Part shown: one piece after another, positions 1 through 12,573 of the stretch | How the letters are laid out: every line of letters begins with the position of its first letter | How positions within the stretch are numbered: the stretch's first letter is position 1 | From: Nymphaea colorata | Lineage: Eukaryota | Direction: 5' to 3' | DNA: 64,000 nucleotides | NCBI RefSeq assembly: GCF_008831285.2 | Contig: NC_045138.2 | Coordinates: 41,478,001 to 41,542,000 of the forward strand | Position numbers and translations under genes: made by a program | Notes under the pieces: generated by a model | Told to the model about the DNA's origin: nothing | The model's database searches: none | The model's input: only the letters and a program-made list of their open reading frames with translations

Positions 1-2532
1 TATCTCGATCTCTCAGCAGAAACAAACAGGAAAAAGCAAATTGGTTCTCGAGAAAAATTATTGGCACGATGGAGCAAGAGGGTCCCACGCAAAAAATCCT
101 CGTCCGTACGAACCCCGAGAGACTCCCCTTCTCTCATCAACTTCCGTGATTCTCTCTCCTTTCTCTCTCTAGCGTGAATGATTTTCCCTGCGCTCCTGTC
201 TCTCCTGTTAATCTCCATGGTTTTCACTGTGGTAATTATCTTTCCTTCCCTCCGCCAAACATGCATCGATTCTTTTCTCGACACCCCACCTTCTGATCTT
301 AATGAAAAGATGTTTACAACCCCGTTTGCGCCTCCCTGTTTTTAATTCCTTTGCTACCATGTTGGGAGATGTTCATCATTGTGGAATCATGTTCCTTCAC
401 CAGTGAACACACCTCTCTCTCTCTCTCTTCCTCTTTCTCTCTCTCCCCATCTTGTCATTACAGACACAGAGGAAGCAGCTTTCCCATTCTTGCAGCAGCC
501 CTGTTATGTTATCTGCAGCCAATTGATTAATGCCGCTTGGTAATGATTGTGATTAGTAGCGGGAACCAGAATAAAGAAGTTCGCGGTCATCTTCCGACTC
601 GCCCTGTCACGAGAGCGCCGAGCATACTTTTAAAGAGCCGCCCGCTTCTTTATCTGTGCACCTTGGGATTGCAAAAACACGTTAGATCCCTTGTGTTACA
701 ATTATTAATAAAAGCATGGCCACATTCGCATTAAACAATTCGCGGCATCGATGCCTCTTAATAGATAAGATAGTTTACTGTAAAGTCGTATAAAAAAATT
801 TTACGTACACTCTCTTTCTTTCAATGTCACATTTATCATAAATCACTTCTTTTAAATCACTCTCTCTATATATTTTATATATATATTTATAAAGACAGTG
901 TATGTGCCACTATTCTTTGACTTGGGTATGCATATTTTCAGGAGAAGGGACATGCAGTGGACCAATGAGTTGAGAGTTGACCTGAGCTTGGGCCACTTTA
1001 AACCCATTTGAGTATAAGGCTAAGTTGCAGTGGGACAGTTGGTTCACAGGTAACGTATGACAAGATAGGATGGTCCACAAAAACAAAAGTACATACTAAA
1101 GATTTATTAATACATATATACATATGTCACTGAAAAGGATAACGGGTTGAAGAACTTGGTTGGCTATACTTTCAAAAATGCTTTAGGTTGTGTTTGATTC
1201 TTCGTGAATTTCAAATTGGTGGAATCTCAAATCTGTGATAACCGAAACTACAGTTGTATCACTTAAGATCAAATCTACAGTAATCAAACACAACTTAAAG
1301 AAAAAGAGGATGATGTACATATTTATGTAATAAATGTAAAAAAAGTAAAGTTGGCACGGTAATTTGGATTCGAAGGGAAACAAGTGGAAGCAAATACATT
1401 GACTAAAAGTACAAAGAAGCCATGTATTAGGGGGAATAAAATAGTGAGAGAGTGAAGGAGAGAGGAGGGAGATGGGGGTTCTTGTGATCCGGGCATTATT
1501 TATTGCTTTACCGAGGCGTTAAATAAGGAAATGTTTGAAAATAGGAATGTGAAAGCAGCGTCGTCAGTGAAAAAGCGGCGCTCATCAGAGATTGTCCGAA
1601 TGGAGTGAAAACATGAGCCCCTTGGCCCTTCTCCTTCCCTCATGCTTTCCTGCAAAGGCCTCTCCATCTTGCATAGACTTTAGACTCTCTTCTTCTTGAG
1701 AGTTGGTACCACGAGATGCTGCCTCACTGAAGTTCATATGTAAACATAAATGAACTGATATATTAAGCTCATCTAATCTAATGCTATCTATTAAGAATTG
1801 AATGGGAGACGAAGGTGGGGAGGTTGAGGATCTTGACTATTTGTGATTATTTAATACATGGAGACATGTGGAGAAGGAGTTGTGTGTGTTATGAATATAT
1901 ATGGATATGGAGTTGAAGGGGAGGTGGGTTATGTGGGAGGAGTGTGTAGGAGAAGAGGGGGCAAAGAGGGTGCAGTGGGGATGACAATGATCTGTTTCAC
2001 TAGGAATCAATCGAAGGGTGCGGAGCCCGATGACCAGCAGCACCAGCATAGGAATTCACCACCTCTCTCTCTCAACCAATTCCATCGCTCTTTCTCTCTG
2101 CGCTTTGGCTTTAATAATTAATAAAGATATGAAGAGAAACAGGTGACCCGGCTTTCGAAACGCCTCGAGCCCTGCGAGCCGCGATTCTCTCAGACCGAGC
2201 CCCCACCGGAAGAAGGCAGAGCCGTACCTCCATTGCTCCTTCTTCCCGCTCTCCCTCAGTCGCTCCTCCTGCTTACCACCTCGTTGGCTGAGAATCGTTT
2301 TAACTGCTTCCTTCCTCCTCTTCTTCAATATATCAATCCTTCCCCCTGCATATTTTATTCAGTTTAATCGGCTCATTTCTTAATTTTGTCTCATTACTTT
2401 CTGTGTTTTATTAAATGGTGCTCAGTAAACACTCGGGACCTTTTTGTTTTTGAGGATTAGGTACCTCAAAAAAAAAAACAATTTGTTAAGTTGTTCTATG
2501 TATATATATATAAAAATAAGTGTGATCATACG

Positions 2533-2887
2533 ATACCATTTGGGTTTGGGTAAGAGATAAAAATTAGATCATTTAAAATTTGTGTTTAAAAGGATTTTAA
2601 ACAAATGTGAGCATTCTAATGTGTCTATAAATACCAGTTTAATATAAGTTATGCTTTAGTTCAAGTTATTTTTCTCAAACAGAAAGAAGAAAACTTTCTG
2701 TTAGCAAAATTTTAATAGTTCTAAGAGCCATTCGTTTTTTATTATTAAAAACATATTGTTTAATTAAAAAACAGTCAACTTAATATATGTTTTTTCACCA
2801 AATCACTGCTGAGATCTTAAAAAAATATGTTAATAATCTGTTTTAATGAATCTGGTGGCTTTTGTCTCTTACCCAAATGATGTGGTA
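2533..2887. mobile_element. MITE-like element with imperfect terminal inverted repeats, lying between TA-rich tracts
   Basis: TTTGGGTAAGAGATAAAA (2545-2562) is the near-perfect reverse complement of TTTTGTCTCTTACCCAAA (2860-2877). The interior is AT-rich and non-coding. (TA)n-like sequence lies on both sides (~2500 and ~2900). Confidence 0.45.
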
Positions 2888-3168
2888 CCAACTTTTCAAT
2901 ATACATATATGTTAGGTTCTTTTTTGTCAAGCGATATAATAAAAATAGTTTGTATAGGACAACATTGTTAGAAAAGAAATTGTAGCTTTAATTAAGCTTT
3001 TTTGTTATAGTCTTTTATGGAAAGTATAACGATTCTTATAGGGTAGGAAAAATTTTATTAATTAACGCCAATCAATTATATCATAATAACGGTAATATTT
3101 GTTATTAACAATATTGTGGTTATCAATGGGGAGGAGTTGACCTTGTCCCCTCTTTTGTGGGGAGGAAG

Positions 3169-3980
3169 TCATTTAAGAAATGAAGATGGTACGGCGGCAA
3201 AGACCATCGTTTTCCTCACTTTTCTATTTATGCCGAGGGCGATTCGTTCTGTATTCATTGTTTTGCAGAAGAAGTGTTTGTTTGTGGACGCCAACTTCAC
3301 CGCGATTCCATTGCCTTCCGTTTTCACAACTTGTACCCGATGCCCAGGGCCGCACAACGAACTCAAACAACCCTAACTCGCTAGAAAAAACTAGGTTCGT
3401 GTTGACTCGTTTATAAATGAGTCGAGTTCGAGCTTACAAAGACAATCGAAACAATAAACAATCGAGTTCAAGTTTCAGAAACTCGAGAGACTGGTATTTT
3501 ATATACCGGTTTCACAAGTTATATAAGTATGAGTTAAATGGGTTAAACTAGTCGAGTTCTAGCTCGATTTTGTGTAGTTGAGTCGAGCTCGACTTGAGTT
3601 CGAGCCAAGCTCAAGCTTTTTAAGTCGAGTCGAACTCAAGCTGACCAAGCTCAAGCTCGACTCAGCTCGTGTGCAGCCCTAGGAACACCCTTCTTCCTCG
3701 CCATTTCCAAAATTCTAAATTTTTCCAGAAATGAGCTATTAACTTAACGCCAAGATCATTCTTCTTCAATCTTCCAGGTTCATACTAGTCGGTATCTTTT
3801 ATTTCATTAAATCCCGTCAGCAACTGGCTGGCCTTCTTGCAACTCTCCTTTGCCATTAGAATTCTCTTCTGCAACGCCATACTAAACTTTTTCGTTGTTG
3901 CAAAGTCTAGCTCCTCTTTCACATATTTAGCCCATAGTTGGCAAACCCATGCCTCGTACTCCGAAGATTGGATCCCAAGA
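3169..3980 (-). pseudogene. Degenerate coding relic, possibly B3-domain-like, interrupted by a MITE
   Basis: Removing the MITE (3346-3680) joins ...FLEKFRILEMARKKGVP|GHRVQVVKTEGNGIAVKLASTNKHFF...RKTMVF in one frame. Upstream, after one frameshift and one stop, the frame reads LGIQSSEYEAW...KDTD*YEPGRLKKNDLGVKLI. The motif spacing resembles a B3 domain by eye only. Confidence 0.3.
3345..3681. mobile_element. Non-autonomous DNA transposon (MITE, hAT-like ends) with GAGCTCGA-rich subterminal repeats
   Basis: The left end CAGGGCCGCACAACGA matches the reverse complement of the right end (TAGGGCTGCACACGA). Many internal CTCGA/TCGAG repeats are present. No clear 8-bp TSD. Confidence 0.65.
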
Positions 3981-4452
3981 TCAAAAGAATCGATTCAGGT
4001 GACTTGATTGGGATAGGTCAAAAACTTTTTGTAGTGCATCTTTTAGATCAAAAGAGAAGTAGGTTAGTCTATTAAGAGTTCATATTTGAATTTTTTTCAT
4101 CAACTAAAATTAGATAACATGTAATATCAGTATTTGTATATACTTAGTAAAGTTTATGATATTTCACAATCTAAAAAATAAAAAACATGTGTATTTAGTA
4201 ATGCATGGAAAAAAAGTATGCAATTAATTGACATTCCCAACTAACACGACGAACCCTAGCTCGTGACCCAGTAAATAGACAATTACTAGGGTGACTCGCA
4301 ACTCAGATCGCCGACTTTGCCATGATCTGGCTATCTCTCATCATTTGACTTGTTCCTCCATTTTGTCTTCTCTTTCACATTCAATGATAACAAATAAAAG
4401 GCATAAGTTTCAAAACTACAATTCCCTATATATATATATATATATATATATG

Positions 4453-4811
4453 ATTGGTAGAAACCATACCAATAAGTATGCGACAAAAATAAGATCCTTT
4501 AAATACGATATTTATTTATTTATTTATTACAATCTAACCTTACCAATATGATCTTAATGATGATAGGTTGATGTAAAATGTGTATTAAGTTGATCATTTT
4601 TGGGTTATAATAGTATTTTAATAATAAGCAAAATGAATGGCTCTTATAACATTTTGATATCAGCATTTTTTATAAAAACAGCTCGATTCACAGCATGTTT
4701 TATATCAAAATAGCTTTTCTAATTATACAAGGTTGTTTATATTTTATTTAAAATAATTTTTAGCAAAAAAATAAAGGGTATGATCTTTATCCTTACCTGG
4801 TTTCCACCAAT
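4453..4811. mobile_element. MITE-like element inserted in a (TA)n microsatellite
   Basis: ATTGGTAGAAACCA (4453-4466) and TGGTTTCCACCAAT (4798-4811) form a 13/14 inverted repeat. (TA)n tracts sit within a few bases of both ends. Confidence 0.5.
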
Positions 4812-5923
4812 TTCTATATATATATATATATATATATTGAAAAAATGGAGAAATAGCATGATTTGAGAATTTTTCTTGTTTCGTGCGCCCCCTATAGGTA
4901 TTAAAGCCTAGCTAGTTGAGAGCCGTTTCCCTGGCGCACCTGACTCTCCCTCCCTCTAAAAGGTGTTGAATTTAAGTGGGAAGTTGCAAGGTGATGGTCC
5001 CAAGCGCCATTAAAACGGCAAACTTTGCAATGGTTACCACGAAATTATGACAATTTTCTTGAAAAAATTCCACAGGCAATCTCATGTACAATATCTTCAT
5101 TCTCATCCCGATATGATCTGCGCCGATAATTTGTGTTTGTATGGAAAAAAAAAAAAAAAAAAACTTTGGCAGTGATCTCCTGCGTAACATCTTGTCAAAA
5201 AAACACACGATATATACATGAACGTCAGAACACAATTAGTGTTGTTCTTTTCAAAAGTTCAATCCAATGCCGCCAACATGCGCGTCGATGCGCATAGGAT
5301 CGGCCCCTTTGAAATTACTTAATTGTTTTCAAATGAAATAATAATAATATAATGTTTATTTGAAACTTTTAAATGTGAAAAGTGCCAGTAACTGACCGTC
5401 ATAGGCCAAAGGATGAAACTTTCATATATATTATATTTGCAACACTTAAGCCCCATGTCACAAAATATCAATCAGAAACTTACAAGTAATTGCTTCGATC
5501 ATGAATCCACCAATCTATGAAATTCGATTGAATTGGTTGATAGAAAATAAAATAAAATAAAAGTTACATGTTTTGAAACTGATAGGAAGTGAACTGCTTG
5601 CAATTTCTGGCAAAATGGGTTGGGGTCAATTCGATTAAAGCCGTTTTTTAAAACTGGTTAAGCCATTTAGAGTTTCCTGGTCTGTTTTTCACGTGGAACA
5701 AGAAGTCCATCGAAATCTCCATGTTTTTAGGGTCAAGAGTTGTGTCGGCTTACATATAACATTAACACCCACGGGAATCAAACTTGTAGTGGCTTGCCTT
5801 TTACCGGTCACTAGCCCGACAAGTTACACCAAAGCCTGCGTCTTCTTCGGATGAATGAGTGTTTATGTACATACATGTGCTTGTCTGCATGCGTCCGCGT
5901 GCCCGCATCCAGTACTCAAAGAT

Positions 5924-6190
5924 TCAACTGTCCATGTACTTGGTGAATAAGTGAGCACCATCCCATGGATTAAGTCCATTGATGTTGGCTGGCATGATAT
6001 CTTCAAATGTAGATCGTCGTAGCCTACATTTATGACCGAGTTCATGAAGTGCAACGCTTTCAGTACCGGTAAGGGATCTTAGTTCATGAACTTGGCCGTG
6101 TTTCACCTCAAGTTCCTGTCAAGACCAAACGCCTCACTTAAAGCACGCTGCCAACGTCTTAACCGATTGTGCCTTGCTCTCTTTCAATTC
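5924..6190 (-). pseudogene. Matrix metalloproteinase (matrixin, peptidase M10)-like gene fragment
   Basis: ORF 5924..6106 reads ESVALHELGHKCRLRRSTFEDIMPANINGLNPWDG, resembling the plant MMP pattern ESVAxHEIGHLLGLGHSS..EAIMYP...GL..DD. The third zinc-binding His is lost and the upstream sequence has stops. Confidence 0.45.
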
Positions 6191-8569
6191 CTTATGGATA
6201 ATTAATAGAAACTTGAATTTTACTAACTTATTGGTTTGCAAATTACACCAATGTTTTTGTTAGAAAAATGACATATATTAGACCGGTAGTTGTTTCCTTT
6301 TCATAATGTTTCCATAATTTCAAAAGAAGCCTTATCTTTTCCTGAATTTGCTTATACTGCGACCAATTTCCACTCTCAAAATAAGTCGGGAGCTTACCCG
6401 GAGCAGGTTATGGTTAATAGGGATGGGAGCGAAAGCCCGCTTTCTTGGTCACACAAGACCCGAGGGACCTCATAGAGGGGGACATGCGAGAAAGCACATC
6501 CCATCCCCCTATGGCATAACCAGAAATTTTTCATAAGAGAGGCCGAATTAAAGTTTCTAAATTTTGACTAGAGCCGAAATATCATTTTCAATTATTTTTA
6601 TATAAAACAAGTGAAATTTTCTAAAATTTACAAGTAAATTTTTTTAAAATAAATTGAGGTGGGGTTATGGCCCATGCAGGTCCTATCTTGGCTCCGCCCT
6701 TGGACATAACACACAAGTTGCCTCTGTCTTCACTATCGCCTCTTAGCTTATGCTGAGAAACTCAATTTCTCCCTCGGTTATAAGAAAAACTGAAAACTCG
6801 AAAGCAAAACCCAAAAAAAAATCATGTTTCATGGCATTAAAACTAAGCCTAAGTTTCTCATTGGGTCCATGAAAGAAATTTTAGATATTGTGAGGCTGTT
6901 TTTGAGATCGTGGCTAAAAGGTGAACTCGCCGATGAAAAATTTCCTTGTCACGGCAATGTGAGTGGAATAATTGCAAGTTAGGAAGGAGTTCATAGTTCA
7001 CATAAATCCACTTATAGGGTATATCAATTATGGGGGCCTTTTCTATTGATTAATTAATGATAGTAAAACTTTTAGGGAAAAGCCTTTTGCTATTTACATT
7101 TGGCATGGAGATAGAGACATATCCCAAGTATCAAGCTCTCAACAATGTTATCACTCCTGAAAGTCTTAAATGCACCACCTACATATGTAGCCAGCTGTAG
7201 GTTGTAGGATAAGTCTATGTGGTTCTTCACTTTTGTCTTAAATAGAAGATAACAAAAACATGCAACTTTTTAGAGTTGTCAGAACCATACCAAAAACTTT
7301 TAGAACAAAACCAAATAACAAAATATGCTAGTTTTATAGGTGGTGAGACTGTGGGACTTAGAAAAAGTTTGTAAACTATGACGGTTTGCTTTCATTTTCA
7401 TAACCCATGTTTGATTGCCGAGATAACTTTTAGGTTGTGTTTGATAGTCTCAAATCTTAGATGTGAAACTACATTAAAAGGTGTGCTTTGAAAGATCATC
7501 TGTTTTAGCGAACTAGGGATCTGAGTAGAGTAGTAACGAAGAATTTAAACTTCACATTACTTGTAAAAAACCATAGATTTAGGGTAGAGGGGGTTCTGAC
7601 TTTGAATCCATAGATCTCAATCACCGCAAATCTCTGAAATATGCAGTCCCTTACGTCATATCAAGGTCATCCCTACCAATAGAGGTAGCCTTGTGTGAGC
7701 ACTTGCCCGCACCGCCACCAAAGTTTCTTTTATTTATATATTAATTTCTCCACATTACGTGGATTATTATATATTGTTCCCCTCAATTTTAAGATTTCTT
7801 GTATGAGTGTCCCTTAGTCAGAAATTTCTAACCTGAAAAAGAATATTTTTTATTTGATCCATATCCGGATATAAGAAGTCTATATCGGTGCCCAGGTTGG
7901 AGCCCGCGCTTATCAATTAGCGCGTGATCTTTACTGAGAACGGCTGCATAAGATCTTACAGGAACAGTTGCCATGACAAGAGAAATTTGAAAATGAGAAA
8001 GGCCATATACGTTGAGGTTTTAGAAGCAATAAGGAGGAACATGAAGGATTTCAGAGTAATCAAAACTGTGACTCTAAACTCTGAATAGGAAAAGTCAAAA
8101 GAGATACAACTCACATGGCCAGATTAACTTGATACGTAAGGCTTAATGATGAAGATGACAATGACGACTACGACAATGACCCAGCGGTTGTTTAACATAC
8201 TGTAATCTAGACATACTGTTGTTCACAATATCTTCGTCATAGCTCATCTCCCTTAAGAAAAAGGTCAATTACTGGTAACATTGACATGTGAGATATTGTT
8301 TTTTTCACTTGGGCAGGTGAGAATAGTGAAAGTAAAGCATCATTATCTTGGACCATCCATGGTTGTACACATGAAATCCCCTCCACTTCTTTTTCTCTTT
8401 TCCCTTTTCCCAGTGACGTCGAAAACGATTGACCTTTCTCGATGTACCAGAGAGGCCGACCTATGGGGATGTTTCTGTTCTTTTTCAATGTAAAGCTCAA
8501 ATCCAACACATCCTTGTCCACTACCCAGAAATACTACTCAGTAGCATGTTGTGTGTGTGTGTGTCTGTG

Positions 8570-8614
<45 letters not shown>

Positions 8615-9679
8615 ACAGGGCTCACCATCAAATTTTATACGTATACTCAAATATTGCTTTAGCACAATACAATTGATCTATGCTAAAGTTCCAGAGAAAA
8701 ACTTTTCTTAGCAGACATATAAAACGTCATTTACCTTTTGTCCATGAAGAAGATAAAAAGCTGAGCTCATAATAAAGTTTTTGAAAGAATTATGTGCTCA
8801 GGCGTGTATCTTCATGGATCTTGCTACATATGAGTATGTTTCCATGTGGTACAGTCATTCATAGTTAAAACTTGAAATCCCCAAAGAATCTAGTAAGTTT
8901 ATTGAATTGACAACTAATGTAGAAGATGAAAATTTTTTGCAAGAGCACCAAGTTAAAATAATTTATAGTAGAATTCATGGTGCAATTAAATGAATGCTGC
9001 CTTTCCTGCAATTATTGCACAGGACGTGTGAAGTTACTGAAAGAAAAAATCAAGAGAACGTGTAATTAAGGATTGAGAATGCAAAAAAGGTTGAATAGTT
9101 ATTCACCTTTATCTGTAGATCACTTAGGTGGATTTGTTGTCAATATCTGGAAATTCAAATTTAAAGGACTGTATATAGATTTGAGCTTCACAGAGGGTAT
9201 ATGAAGATCAGTCCTGCTACAAAATTCTGCAGGTTTGTTGAGAATTTGGTTCAAGGATGATCATGATGCTGACAGTGATGACAAAGAACAGTAATCTTCT
9301 TAGTTCCAAGAAATCACCAATGGTAAAATATGACATTGAATTGAATTGATGATTTAGGTGGAGCCCTTAGGTGGACCATTCTAGATCTGCTTAGCTCTTA
9401 TTTTTCGTCCTCTTCTCGGCCATGCGATTTCATTCACGAGATCAGATATCCAGATCTCTTCATTAACTAACCATCCAGCTATCACTGTTGGAGATTTCTT
9501 GAATGCAGGCTGCCTAGTCACATTACCATTGTACGTTCAATAACTGAACTACCATTTAGATTTGTTGGGATCAACCAGCTTTGGAAAGTGTGAAAATAAC
9601 TTGGAGGTTTTTCGTCCCCATGTATGGAACATACTGTCTTCTTGTACAGTTGGTTGAAGGACAAGAAACCAAACAAAGA

Positions 9680-10400
9680 ACAGTTGATGCAGCAAGTTTA
9701 AGTCCAACCTTTTAGTGCTTTGTGTTAAGAAGCATGCCTAGATATCTAAGTCACTTTACCAACAGAATTTTATGGGGATTTTCAGGTCTACTGGCTAATT
9801 ATTCTAGCAGCGTTTCTCCAGATGCTACTTATGGGCCCTATGTTTAGAGTGGGCCTGCATTTAGACCTCTAAGTGATTGTATGCACATAGGCTTTTGCTT
9901 GGACACAGACATGGCATGAATGAAATAACCATCCCCATGCCCTTAGGGCATGTTTGTTTCAAATGGCGCGAACGGGAGTACGACACCATACGAACGGCAC
10001 ACGCTTCGAGAAATTCATTCATACAGCCACGTGAGGCCCACGCGGAATTGCTTCCGAGACAGCGAGGCAATTGGATCTCTTGACACCTGTAGCATTATTA
10101 TGCTTGATCTAGCTTTTTTGTTCCATCCACCTGTTCCATGTTATAGCTGGAATGCATAAAAGGTGTTCCTCAAGAACATGAGGGATGTCCTTCTATAGGA
10201 GACTTGTATATGCATGAGATTCAACACCAACAAGAATGATAAGGAAGTCCTTGGCTCCTGCATTTCCCCAATGAAGATGGCTCCCAAATAATGCCTTGCA
10301 TGTGCACAACCGCTTACATGATGGCATGTTTCACGGGCTTCAGTTAAATATGGTGTTGCATCCATATAAGAAGCTGGCATATGATTGTACACGTACATGT
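9680..10400 (-). mobile_element. Highly decayed L1-type LINE 3' remnant (zf-RVT region, possibly RNase H-like)
   Basis: Minus-strand frames give PYLTEARETCHHVSGCAHARHYLGAIF (like zf-RVT C..C...ET..HL...C..AR..W), then CIPAITWNRWME (like IP.AI.W.IW.ERN), then KVGLKLAA near 9700. These occur in the order expected for plant LINE ORF2. Confidence 0.4.
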
Positions 10401-12463
10401 GTTTAGGCTGAATAGATATCTATGGAAGGGAAGGATCCATGAGAAAAGGAGTTCCATATGAAAAACAAGGATTTCATATGAAAACTTGGCCCCCCTACTG
10501 GGATACATCTAGGCTGCATGCCCACCAAATTGAGTGAAAGACAAGCACCTAAAGAATTCACATCTCCATCAGAGAAACTTTTGCAACTAGATGTCCTGAT
10601 GAAGCTTGTGATTAATGTTATGTCTACTTGATTGCTATGGTTGAACAATTGTGGGCATAATTGCTTGTGCCTTTTGACTTAGCCTACCAGTTCCTCCACA
10701 AATAGAGTAGGGTCTAGATCACCCCCACTATTCTTGTGTGAGGTTTCAATTCAGAGAGAGAGAGAGAGAGAGAGGTGTTCTTTAAGAGGGAACTCAAAAG
10801 CACTGACAGGTTCACACACTCCTCGTTTGTGCCTAGGCTTGGTTGGCCAACACCTGTACCGAGTTCAAGTACAACATAGAGCCTTAGCTTGATTATGTTT
10901 AGAAGATGGTACTGTTGCTACACTGAGATATCTGTCCCCAGCATCATCCAAAAAGACGAGATGCAGTATAATTGTTTACTTTGTTGGACTACCTTCAAAT
11001 GCTTCAATGGCACATGAATATTTCTTATCCACATAATCCATGCAAATGGAACAACCCAATGTTTGATGGGTTTCAACCACGTTATCAGCTGCACATACTC
11101 GAAGGGCTATTTGGCAAATGGAACACTTTGAGAGTGTTTTATGATTCTACCATCAAAGATTGCAATAGATTCATGGACACCTAGTTCTACCATTTTATGA
11201 ATCTGCCCTAATATTTGTGATAAGATTCATGGAACATACTATGAGATTGCTTTAGTTATCTAGTTAATAAATCAGATTCGGGCATGCCGGAAGTTCATTA
11301 GTTCGCTTCCAAGCTAGTTATTTTCCGTTTTCAACTTTTTTTAAGGCATGTAGTGAATCTTCTAGAATGAGATAGGCAATAGGACTTAGTGAGTTTGGTC
11401 GATTGGCCCGTTGCTATATCAAAGTTTCCCCGTGATAGGCCCCTTGCCGAATTGATCGGCTTTGAACAAGATGCATGATTTGTAGCATGAACAATTTGTT
11501 GTACTTGTTTGTGGTGCAAGAAATTGACGTGGGGATTAGAATCAAAGAATCCTAATCTCCACGGTTTGATTAACATGAAAACACAATCAAGGGAGAAAGC
11601 AATAAACGAAATCGATGAACTTGAATTAGCGGAGCAAAATAACATTGTTAACAATGTGGACAGAGACAACGATCCAGGTCTAATGATCTCTTAGTGGGGA
11701 ATAGAGAATGGATCCCAGATCTTCTAGTTACACATATGAAGGTCCAAAGAACAATAATCCAATGAATAAGCAAATGAATATGATGGCGAAGATCCAAAAA
11801 TAGCTCTGAAATCCAAATCGGCACAGGATGGGTTGCATGCTTACCTCCTCCTTCCCTTCGTCTGCCCCAAGGACCTATGCAGGTGTTCGTCATCTTGCCT
11901 GTGGGTCGGGTCTGCTGGAGCAACTGCTTCCTCTCGAACATTTGCCCCTGAGTTTGGATCTGTGATCCGTGTCGCCGAATTAGTATCCGGTATTTCCCGG
12001 GTCTGAGTTCACTTTGCATCGGAAACCGTCTGCAAGAACTCATTTAGATCTCAAGCAACATCCAAGTGTGTAATATGAAAAGCAGATTATAGTCTCAATT
12101 TGGAATGTGCCCTTCAATGAAGTTGGCTTAGACCAAGCATGTGACGAGTCTCACAAACTTCACTTCTGGAAAGTTTAGAGAGAGCTGCCACCGCCAATAT
12201 CACGTTCTTCTTTGTTTTCGCCATGCAGCAAGTGGAAGTAGATAAGACAATTTTTATCGAAGTTCCAACAGAGATCATGTCAGTAATTATTTTACACGAC
12301 CTGCGACATGAATGAAATGTATATGTGGCCTTCGCACGTCATCAACATGTATTGGCGACTTTAGTTCCGCAATTTCAGATTCTTTAACAAAGGTTATATT
12401 TATTTCCCTTGTTAGTTTGAACAAAAAAGTTTCTGTTTCTGCACATTCTTATGAATGTGGCAT

Positions 12464-12573
12464 CGCATTATCTCTTTTCCCTAGTAGTATAGAGACCACT
12501 TGCAAAATTCTCCAAGAACGCATTATCTCTTTTTCCTAGTAGTAGAGGGACCATTGGTAAAATTCACCAAGAA
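12464..12573 (+). repeat. Tandem duplication, 2 x 55 bp
   Basis: CGCATTATCTCTTTT..CTAGTAGTA..GACCA...AAAATTC.CCAAGAA occurs at 12464-12518 and 12519-12573 with several substitutions. Confidence 0.85.

Noticed and set aside
59..68. TATTGGCACG, resembling part of miR171 or its target
   Set aside because: Only about 10 nt match and there is no complementary arm.
1837..2367. Overlapping 70-90 aa ORFs in a GC-richer patch
   Set aside because: Low-complexity purine/pyrimidine tracts with no recognisable domain or small-peptide motif.
11500..12043. Possible LINE ORF2 fragment (KAINEIDELELAEQ)
   Set aside because: The resemblance is too short and generic to support a call.
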